Of a stretch of DNA of 64,000 bases, positions 45,922 through 54,041 are shown piece after piece (within the stretch, counting starts at the first letter, position 1; each line of letters opens with the position of its first letter). Position numbers and translations under genes: made by a program. The notes beneath the pieces are model-generated. The model was not told where the DNA came from. It did no database searches and was given only the letters and a program-made list of their open reading frames with translations. The DNA comes from a virus, in the IMG/VR virus record IMGVR_UViG_3300009085_000003, positions 1 to 64,000 of that record; one strand, given 5' to 3'.

Positions 45922-48900
45922 AATCCTAGTAACCTCCTAATAGCAACCTCTAGGTCGCTACTGTTTAAATTATAGTCGAAATCAAATATATCGTTAGCAG
46001 CAATGATTTCGACATTCTCACCACCAAAGATACGGAACTCACCCATGGAGCTCATCTGGTAACCCTTGGCTTTGCCCAGCTTCCCCATTTTTGGTTTCAG
46101 AACAAGTGTCTTAAACTGTTTCGGGTCAAGTTTGGCGAGCGCTTTCCAGTTGGTGCCAAAGAATACCGGGTTGCTCATGCCGCCCGCACCTTCACGCGCA
46201 TATAGGTAGGCGTGTGACCACAGATACCACAGAGCCTCGCGGTACGCCTCCTCGGTCATCAGGGTTCCATCCCACTTTTTGACCTCCTCGCCACGTTCAT
46301 AAGCCATAAGTCTGTCCAGACTCTTTTCGCTATCGAACTCCCGGAATCGGTCGCTCCAATCTTCCCGGATACCCTCACTGCCGTTCTGGGCACCCTCAAA
46401 CATCTGGGTAGCAGTCAACATACCATTTGCGACTAACCACGCCTCCTGTAGAGACTGCTCGACTTCTTTGGCAGTCTTAAGGTCATTGGTCAGGGAGATG
46501 GTCTTATCATCACCGCCCGCAAGACCGACTTCGCTATCGTGCCCATGCATCTCGTAGCGGGAGCGGAGCTGGTCACCGATGACAGCTGCGGCATCGGTCG
46601 TGACGTGATATAGCTCATCCGGCAATTCCATCCATTTGCCTTGGTTACTGACATAAAACGCTGTCAGCGCCTCAACATCGGACGGGGTCAAGCGAGCAGC
46701 GGTGACCGCATGATTGACATCGAACTCGAACTTTTCACGCAGCTCCCCAGCCACTCCGCCATATTCTATGATATCGTAGTACCCTTTGTATTCTTTGCTA
46801 TCCTCGCCATACTTGGCTTTAAGTTGCTCCTCGTACCCCTGCAAAATATAGTCTGTCTCCGAGCGACTAAACTCGGTCATGTCAGGAGCGCCTGCCAGTA
46901 ACTCTCGGGCTAATTTTCTACCGTAACGACCACGCTCCGCACTGGCATCGCTTCCATCTTGTATCAAGAGCGACTTGTCAGTCATCCGTGTAGATAAATC
47001 CTCTGCGTTTTCAGGCAGCCCAAGCTGTTCGCGCACGCGACGTATGCGATTATCAAACTCGGCTTGATGGTGCTCCAATACTTTGGTTACCTGAGCTGTA
47101 GTAACATAATTGCAGTTCGTAAACACTTCCATCCCGAGGTCTACAGTTGCTGGGTCATCACTGTCCCGCAAAGCACGCCAGTGGTCATATGTCAGACCAA
47201 GCGTGCTAAGCGCAATATCAAAATCGTCAGCACCCAGTCCAACAGTGCCATTATTATCCGTGGCTTCCAGTTTGTTTTTGAGGAGCAGGTATGGTCTGGA
47301 TATTGTCATCTGCGGAGTCTCCAGTATCTCCGCACTCACATCCGGGTCTCCATACCCACGCCTGACGCTACGAGAACTGAAATAGAATTTGTCGGCTAGG
47401 TCAATCATGACATCTGGGTTAGGAATGATGCCATTGTTAGCGATGATGGCTTTCGCCTCTTGCACCAGAGCTTGCCGCTGGGCACGAGCTTGTTCGACCT
47501 CAGCATCCTCGATACCGTATGACACCACCGGTCGCGCGGCTCCCTTGGGCGCTGAACCGCCCCGGCGTCCCAAGACGCCCACGTGTCCACGGTGACCAGA
47601 ACCAGCCCCGCCTTTCAGCTTCGCCTCTTTGTTCACGCCAACGTAGTCCCACTCTTGGAGCGGGTGGGTACGCCAGCCACCATCGTCGCTGATGTATATA
47701 GCAATGTCCGACGGATTCAACTGTCGTTCAAATAAGGCGCTTAGAATGTCAGGAAAGTGTTTATCCAGCTTTTTCAATAACCGGTCGATATCATCATCAC
47801 CGTATCGATGCAGAGATACAATTGGCTTCCCTTTCACATACCCAAACAGCCCACGGAAACTTATGTTATCCTGATTTAATTTGTCATTACCACCATAACG
47901 ACCTGTCTCTCGCATGAGGATATCGTCATGTATCTCGTCTTTTTTCCCGGCGAACGCAAGCCCATCCTCGGTAACCAAGAATGGTCGAACGTCAGCCATG
48001 CCCTCTGTTTTATTGGTTCGTATCATGGCGTAGCCGGGTATCTCGTCCTCAGCCCGGAGTCGAGAGGCAACATCGATATCAGTAATGCCCATCGTCACGA
48101 GCCCACCGCGTCCTGAGCCACCCACCTTACCGGGACGTCCACGATGACCAAAATTACCAGAGCCCTCTCCGCCCTTGAGTACCACATTTCCGTGAATAAT
48201 CCCCAAAATGAATGAGAACAGGTACGGGTCTTGCCGCGCCAGTTTCCATGGGGCGGTAGCGAAAATCTCAAAAGCACAGGACAGGATTTCGGTCTCCCCG
48301 CTCGAGTATTCCCTGTTCATGTAGTCAAAGAACATATGAGACGTGTTCTTGTTCGTTCGGTAGTCCCTCAGGGCTTGGCGGGTCTTGGCTGGCAACCGTG
48401 CCTCTACGTGATGACCCAACTCATGCCACAACTCCGCTCGGGCAGCCTCTTGCATGGCGTCCACATCCAGTTCGGTATGGCGCTGTACATACGGATAATT
48501 GTTCGGGTCGTTAGCAAGGAACTCCCCGCTATCCCATGTGTACAAAGTCGCCTCGCCGCTTATCTGCTGTAAATCCGCAGTGTACGCGCCCCGATTCGGG
48601 TAGGTAACAAAGAGCACTTCGTTATCGACAGCTTTCGGGTCGTAGACACTTTTATCAATCATCTGGTTGGCACGCCACAGCTCCTGCCGGATAAACTCCT
48701 CGGCATCAGGGGCGTACCGTATATCGCCAATATTCCAACCGATAGGACGCGGCGCCAAAGCGATAGACGTCCTGAATTTCTCCGCCTTGTCTCCGGCACT
48801 CAGCACACTGGTATAACAGTCCATGACCATCTGGCGCTGCATGTCGTTGACCTCACCCTTGCGCTTGATAACCTCTTGAACAAATTCATTGTGTCGATTT

Positions 48901-51900
48901 AGATACGTCTCAAAGTGCTCCGCCGCCTGCGGATACTCTTTCTGAATGTCGCGCAAGCTCATCTCTCGCTCGAGCGTATTGTTGAACGGGGACGGCGAGA
49001 TTCGTCGCTCAGTAATTGTAAAAACTCTATCATCGATGCCTATCGGTCGAATGCGACTTGTCCCATAAAGATGGGACTCGATTCCAGCAACCGCGGTACT
49101 GGTCTGTTCGTTGAACATCGCCTCGCGCGTATCCGGGGATGACAGGGTAGACCTATCGTTTTCCATCCACACCATCTGGTTACGAACCCAGACGAGATAG
49201 TCATCGCGCAACTTCTCATACTGTTCTACCTGCGGTTTGACCCGGTTCATGTACTCGAGCACGGCAGAGGCGCCCGCCCGCATCAACGACTTAACGTCAT
49301 GTTCGTATACAACTGGATGACCGCTCACATCTTTTTCCGGTGGGAATTTCAGGAACGGATTATCAAGATTAATAGCGGGGGTGGAACGCTCACCTTTAGG
49401 TAACGAACCTCCACGCTTGCCCGGTCTGCCAGCGTGACCGATATTGCCGGAGCCCGTACCACCCTTAGTAGTAACATTCGGGTCATAGCCAAATGTAAAC
49501 GAGTCAAGCTCCGTGAGCCAATCAAAGTGCCGAAAGTATGGCTTGTTGGCAACGATGACCACGCGCAATGGCTTGCCCGTTAAATCACAATACTTTTTCA
49601 GGGCGCCCATGAATCGAGACCCTAGGTTGTTAAGGTTGTCTGGTTTTTTAAAGATGGTTCCCAAATATAGGTATGAGCCATCGTCCTGTATTCCAACCGA
49701 CAACTGGGTATTATCATTATCGGTGAAGTACAGCGACTCGACCGGATTGCCGTAGATGTCGTTCCACCGCTCGTCACCATTACCATAGCGCATCGTAACA
49801 TCCCCGCCCATTTCGCGCTCAAAGAATATCTTCACCGGGTTGTCTGGCGTGTTTAATAGTTGCCGACCAGTGATACTGCGACTCCACAGCTCGCGCCGGG
49901 GCATATCTGTGCCGTCAGCAACTTCACGTAGCTTATTAACAGCATCGTTATAACCCGCTTCGGAGCCGCCCTCCCCAGACCCACCCACCTGTCCGGGGCG
50001 TCCCCGGTGACCAAAGTTACCAGAACCCTGTCCGCCTTTCAGCACCGTAGTTCCCTGAATGATGCTGAGGATAAAGCCGAACATCTCTGGGTCTTGTTGG
50101 GCAAGACGCCATGGGGCAGTAGAGAATATCTCGAACGCGCAGGACAGGAGCTCGGTGGCACCAGTGCGGTACCGTGTTTGCATGTAGTCGAACATGAAAG
50201 GATTCTTACCATCGGCTACATCCACGCGAAAGAGATAGAAATTATCAATAGCATGACGGTATGGTACGGTTAGAGTGTGTTCCACATGATGACCAAACTC
50301 GTGCCAGATTTCCAGCCGCAGGTATTCTTGCAGTGTGTCGACATCCACATCGTAGTCTCGCGGTATGAATGGATAAATGCCACCTATGCCAGCACCGGGG
50401 AATTCTGGGGGTTCAGCCGCATAGGCGCTCTCGCGCTGGTCGTATGTCACCAGCTTGCGGTCTAAGGTGATGGTCGGTATATCCAACTCCCGGTTGTCCG
50501 CAGGGTTGGCATACGAACCGGTCATAAGGGAGGTGTCAATATAGAGCTTGTCACCATACAAGCTGCGGTTGCCCTCATGCAGAATGTTGACATTCACTAC
50601 GCCTGCCGCATCGTCTACGACGCTACGAATATAATCAATGGCGTCCGGTGAAATAGATAGGGGCTTACCGGTGATGTCTACTCCTCCCGTATTCATGTCC
50701 AGCGCGACCTCCCATGGTCTTGGGTTGGACGCCTTAAGAGATTTAATGAACTGGTTCGCTAACTCGGTCTGGACTTTGTTGGCTGCCTCGCGCTTTTCAA
50801 TATAGCCGTTCGCAAAGGCATTGTAATCGTTGAACCACTTATCCAGTCCGCCAGCAGTGAGGGCTTCTGGATATTTTTCCTTGAGGTCGTTGTAGCTGAA
50901 AACCTGCTGGTATTTGTGACCGGATTCGTGGGTATTTGGGTCATCAGCCGACGGTACCCATGGCTGGATAAGCAGGAACGGCTCATCCGGGCTCAGGGGA
51001 CGCACCTCCATGCGCGAGTCGTAGGTATTATCAAAGCGCTGCTGCCCGATACGAATCGACGGGTTCCGCACATCGACATGGGCAAGACCGTAATCATCAG
51101 GGGATAGGTGCCGAAACGTGTCATGGAGCACATTGCTAGAATCGGCTGACGGCAGACTTTGCAGGAACTCATGTGTTATCGCCTTAAAGTCAGCCTGTGC
51201 CTCAGTGACGAACGTCTCCCGCAGCTTTTTGTACTCATCCAGCTGGGGCTCGATGGATTTCAGGTATACAGCTGCCGCATCCTTGTTCGCGTCGATGAGT
51301 GCCTGAACATGGCTTGGGTATTGCGGTGCCGGGAATGTTTTGTCGCCCACGCGCAGGACACCACGCGGCTGCTTCTTGGGCTTGTCTACTGGAACCCCAC
51401 GAACGCCCTTGGGCAAGCTGCCACCGCGTTTTCCGGGTCGTCCTGCATGACCAACGTTCCCAGAGCCTGTGCCGCCCTTGGTGGTAGTCTCTTTCAGGGA
51501 GATGTTCCCATCGGAATCGATAAACACGTGCTTGGCAGACAAAAACTCGCTCAGGTCATATTCGAGCGATACACTGGAGTACCCATGACCGAGATGCTCA
51601 GAGTACGTCTGCCAGCGCACAGTGTCGTTGTCCGCCAGCTCCATATCCCAGACGCCAGCATCGTACATGCGTTGCAGCTGGCGGAGGATTTTGGAGTTGA
51701 CGTTCTGGGTGGTGATATATAAAGACTTGCCACGGAAATTACCAACCAACAGGCGGAAGTTCACGAACGGTATCGCGCTGTTCTCGTCCATGACCAACAT
51801 GCCATACGTCTCCTGCATGGCGTGGCGGAACATGCCCACGGTCTCAGAGAGCTTCACCGGCATCGTTGTCATGGGCTGATTCTCGAGCTGGTGTTTCAGG

Positions 51901-54041
51901 TAGATAGCGTTGTACTTATTAACTATCCGTTCGAGTTCTTTTTCAATCTCGTGGTCATCATCAAACACACCCTCATCGACCTCGCGGGTCAGCTTGTGCA
52001 TCTCTTTGTCCAAGTCGACATATTCCTGTAGCCACGCAATCGCTGGGTCATCGTTAGACTCCAGTATTTTCTTGGCGCTCCTAGCAACACCGATGATGGG
52101 GCGCAACGCATCGAACACAAAGACGGCTTTTTCACCAACCCGTCCGGGGTCAGCTTCCATCTCCTTGACGATATCGGGGAATAATCCCGGATTTTCGTAC
52201 ACAATTCCACCCACCAGCTGCTCGTGACTAAAATGCCCTTCGCCACGAACGCCAATCACGCCAATCCCCTCGATATAGGTGGCGGCTGCCGTGGTGAAGT
52301 CATCAACATCGTCTCCCTCGAGCTCAGCCTTAATCGCTTCGTTCACGCTGTCGAATGGACGGTAGCCACTCGGGAGCTTGACAGTGTTCCAGTCTATTGT
52401 CGGGGGACTATCGATGCCGTAGGTAATTGACTCGCCCGCAGGGGCACGGGGGACAGGAGCAGCGCCTTTCGGGGCAGAACCACCGCGCTTTCCCGGCACA
52501 CCTACGTGACCATGGTGCCCACTGCCAGCACCGCCCTTGGTGGTTACCTCGGGCATCAGATAATACAGCTTGTAAAAATACTTATAGCCATCCGGTGATG
52601 GGGATTCCTTAAATTCATCGAGAACCCACTGAGCGTCATGATTGAGACGCAACGTAAACATGCCATCTATCCACGAAGGCGGGATAGCCTGCTCCATGCG
52701 ATAGCACCCTTGAGTCTCAAAGTCAACGTCAGCTTGCGCGTCTGTAAAGATGTCAGATAATTTTTCAATCGGAACCCGGATACGCACCCACACAGGCTGG
52801 GTTTTCGCAGCAAACTCCTCCGGTGGAAACAAGTCAGTTGGTACGTTGTGTTGTACATAGCTGGCTAGGTCGGTCATCGTTTCTATGTCATCGACAAAAT
52901 AGGTCGATGGCGGTCTGCCATAATGGACACGACCGGGCAGAATGCCGTACTGCTTGAGACTGTCCGCCAAACCAGCTGGAGTCCCATGGTAGAGGTCAAC
53001 GTATCCGATACCCTTTGCGATAAGCTCCTGCTCCAGAGCGTCCAGTTTCGCAGCGATATCTGGGTCGTAGTTCGTAAAGTCTCCCTGCGCATGATACGGT
53101 GTCGCATACGGGTCTTTACTCGGGTCTGTTTTCATCGGTTCTAGGTCACGCTCCCAGCCATGGAGACCGGTGTAAGCCGGGTCTGTGCGACGCGGGTTGT
53201 GCATGTCAATGACTTCCGACGCCGGAGCGACCCTGCCACCGAACCGACTCCCGCCACGCTTTCCGGGAATACCAGCATGACCCGCCTCGCGCGTGAATCC
53301 ACTGCCCTTCCCGCCTTTGAGTGAAATCGGGGAAACTTCCCTCCCCGCTATGCGATGCAACGGCAGGTGAACTTGCTTCGTCCGGTACGGTAAGATGAGT
53401 TCCCAGTTCCGTATCTGGAGCGGGTTCCATGCACGATGACGCTCGACGCAGGTCTGGCAGTGCTCAGCGACCCCGAGCTCCCAGTATGCATCAGCGTTAC
53501 CGTCCTCGATATCACCGATGACCTCGATACGCCACCGGCATTTGCAGTTTTTCAAACATTGGCTGGTACCATCCCCCGGATAGGCTGGCAGGGGCATGTC
53601 ATCCACGCCCAGCTTGGCAGAGGTGTTGGCACGCCAGTATTGCTCTACCGCAGTGCGGTTGTACTGACGAGCACGCCCGAACCAGCGGCTGTCGAAATTG
53701 GTATCATCGAATTTGTTCCCGAGTTGGTTGGCTGCGATTACCAATGCAAAGCCAGACAAGAACGCCAGCTGCTGGGCAATCGCTTGTGTCAGGTAGTCGC
53801 TTGCTTTTGGGGGAATGACCTCAGAGCCAGCGCCGACCATGTAGCCGGTGGTGGCTCCCAAACCGATGAGCTCACCCATCAGCTGCTCCCAAGCCTCGAC
53901 GGTTATCTCACCGTTAAATAGCTCGTAGAGCAGGGCGTCGGTCTGTTCATCCATGCCCATAATAACGGGAATCAGCTCGGGGGGCAGACCGTCGTAGCGT
54001 TCCCACAGCTCGGGCTCACCAAGCGGGGTGTAGTCTGGCAT
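45918..54041 (-). CDS. MuF-like minor head protein fused to seven tag-delimited effector modules (polyvalent protein)
   Basis: Directly after portal; PGDG..QCLKNCKC...HCQTC; 7 tags; two HExGH, two LYH(G/V)T, one GNAT-like module. Confidence 0.85.
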   Translation of the reverse strand: MPDYTPLGEPELWERYDGLPPELIPVIMGMDEQTDALLYELFNGEITVEAWEQLMGELIGLGATTGYMVGAGSEVIPPKASDYLTQAIAQQLAFLSGFALVIAANQLGNKFDDTNFDSRWFGRARQYNRTAVEQYWRANTSAKLGVDDMPLPAYPGDGTSQCLKNCKCRWRIEVIGDIEDGNADAYWELGVAEHCQTCVERHRAWNPLQIRNWELILPYRTKQVHLPLHRIAGREVSPISLKGGKGSGFTREAGHAGIPGKRGGSRFGGRVAPASEVIDMHNPRRTDPAYTGLHGWERDLEPMKTDPSKDPYATPYHAQGDFTNYDPDIAAKLDALEQELIAKGIGYVDLYHGTPAGLADSLKQYGILPGRVHYGRPPSTYFVDDIETMTDLASYVQHNVPTDLFPPEEFAAKTQPVWVRIRVPIEKLSDIFTDAQADVDFETQGCYRMEQAIPPSWIDGMFTLRLNHDAQWVLDEFKESPSPDGYKYFYKLYYLMPEVTTKGGAGSGHHGHVGVPGKRGGSAPKGAAPVPRAPAGESITYGIDSPPTIDWNTVKLPSGYRPFDSVNEAIKAELEGDDVDDFTTAAATYIEGIGVIGVRGEGHFSHEQLVGGIVYENPGLFPDIVKEMEADPGRVGEKAVFVFDALRPIIGVARSAKKILESNDDPAIAWLQEYVDLDKEMHKLTREVDEGVFDDDHEIEKELERIVNKYNAIYLKHQLENQPMTTMPVKLSETVGMFRHAMQETYGMLVMDENSAIPFVNFRLLVGNFRGKSLYITTQNVNSKILRQLQRMYDAGVWDMELADNDTVRWQTYSEHLGHGYSSVSLEYDLSEFLSAKHVFIDSDGNISLKETTTKGGTGSGNVGHAGRPGKRGGSLPKGVRGVPVDKPKKQPRGVLRVGDKTFPAPQYPSHVQALIDANKDAAAVYLKSIEPQLDEYKKLRETFVTEAQADFKAITHEFLQSLPSADSSNVLHDTFRHLSPDDYGLAHVDVRNPSIRIGQQRFDNTYDSRMEVRPLSPDEPFLLIQPWVPSADDPNTHESGHKYQQVFSYNDLKEKYPEALTAGGLDKWFNDYNAFANGYIEKREAANKVQTELANQFIKSLKASNPRPWEVALDMNTGGVDITGKPLSISPDAIDYIRSVVDDAAGVVNVNILHEGNRSLYGDKLYIDTSLMTGSYANPADNRELDIPTITLDRKLVTYDQRESAYAAEPPEFPGAGIGGIYPFIPRDYDVDVDTLQEYLRLEIWHEFGHHVEHTLTVPYRHAIDNFYLFRVDVADGKNPFMFDYMQTRYRTGATELLSCAFEIFSTAPWRLAQQDPEMFGFILSIIQGTTVLKGGQGSGNFGHRGRPGQVGGSGEGGSEAGYNDAVNKLREVADGTDMPRRELWSRSITGRQLLNTPDNPVKIFFEREMGGDVTMRYGNGDERWNDIYGNPVESLYFTDNDNTQLSVGIQDDGSYLYLGTIFKKPDNLNNLGSRFMGALKKYCDLTGKPLRVVIVANKPYFRHFDWLTELDSFTFGYDPNVTTKGGTGSGNIGHAGRPGKRGGSLPKGERSTPAINLDNPFLKFPPEKDVSGHPVVYEHDVKSLMRAGASAVLEYMNRVKPQVEQYEKLRDDYLVWVRNQMVWMENDRSTLSSPDTREAMFNEQTSTAVAGIESHLYGTSRIRPIGIDDRVFTITERRISPSPFNNTLEREMSLRDIQKEYPQAAEHFETYLNRHNEFVQEVIKRKGEVNDMQRQMVMDCYTSVLSAGDKAEKFRTSIALAPRPIGWNIGDIRYAPDAEEFIRQELWRANQMIDKSVYDPKAVDNEVLFVTYPNRGAYTADLQQISGEATLYTWDSGEFLANDPNNYPYVQRHTELDVDAMQEAARAELWHELGHHVEARLPAKTRQALRDYRTNKNTSHMFFDYMNREYSSGETEILSCAFEIFATAPWKLARQDPYLFSFILGIIHGNVVLKGGEGSGNFGHRGRPGKVGGSGRGGLVTMGITDIDVASRLRAEDEIPGYAMIRTNKTEGMADVRPFLVTEDGLAFAGKKDEIHDDILMRETGRYGGNDKLNQDNISFRGLFGYVKGKPIVSLHRYGDDDIDRLLKKLDKHFPDILSALFERQLNPSDIAIYISDDGGWRTHPLQEWDYVGVNKEAKLKGGAGSGHRGHVGVLGRRGGSAPKGAARPVVSYGIEDAEVEQARAQRQALVQEAKAIIANNGIIPNPDVMIDLADKFYFSSRSVRRGYGDPDVSAEILETPQMTISRPYLLLKNKLEATDNNGTVGLGADDFDIALSTLGLTYDHWRALRDSDDPATVDLGMEVFTNCNYVTTAQVTKVLEHHQAEFDNRIRRVREQLGLPENAEDLSTRMTDKSLLIQDGSDASAERGRYGRKLARELLAGAPDMTEFSRSETDYILQGYEEQLKAKYGEDSKEYKGYYDIIEYGGVAGELREKFEFDVNHAVTAARLTPSDVEALTAFYVSNQGKWMELPDELYHVTTDAAAVIGDQLRSRYEMHGHDSEVGLAGGDDKTISLTNDLKTAKEVEQSLQEAWLVANGMLTATQMFEGAQNGSEGIREDWSDRFREFDSEKSLDRLMAYERGEEVKKWDGTLMTEEAYREALWYLWSHAYLYAREGAGGMSNPVFFGTNWKALAKLDPKQFKTLVLKPKMGKLGKAKGYQMSSMGEFRIFGGENVEIIAANDIFDFDYNLNSSDLEVAIRRLLGL
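47553..47615 (-). repeat. KGG-GH tag copy 6
   Basis: KGGAGSGHRGHVGVLGRRGGS. Confidence 0.95.
48114..48176 (-). repeat. KGG-GH tag copy 7
   Basis: KGGEGSGNFGHRGRPGKVGGS. Confidence 0.95.
49404..49466 (-). repeat. KGG-GH tag copy 8
   Basis: KGGTGSGNIGHAGRPGKRGGS. Confidence 0.95.
49977..50039 (-). repeat. KGG-GH tag copy 9
   Basis: KGGQGSGNFGHRGRPGQVGGS. Confidence 0.95.
51417..51479 (-). repeat. KGG-GH tag copy 10
   Basis: KGGTGSGNVGHAGRPGKRGGS. Confidence 0.95.
52476..52538 (-). repeat. KGG-GH tag copy 11
   Basis: KGGAGSGHHGHVGVPGKRGGS. Confidence 0.95.
53247..53318 (-). repeat. KGG-GH tag copy 12 (3-aa insertion)
   Basis: KGGKGSGFTREAGHAGIPGKRGGS. Confidence 0.9.

Noticed and set aside
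28141-53318. Tag repeats as CRISPR, DGR or intein elements
   Set aside because: Copies are in-frame, codon-degenerate and 0.5-13 kb apart; no cas or reverse transcriptase genes and no intein C...HN termini were seen.
47553-53318. Tag as collagen-like repeat
   Set aside because: Only about four G-x-x triplets per copy, too short for a collagen helix, and the His and GGS positions are specifically conserved.
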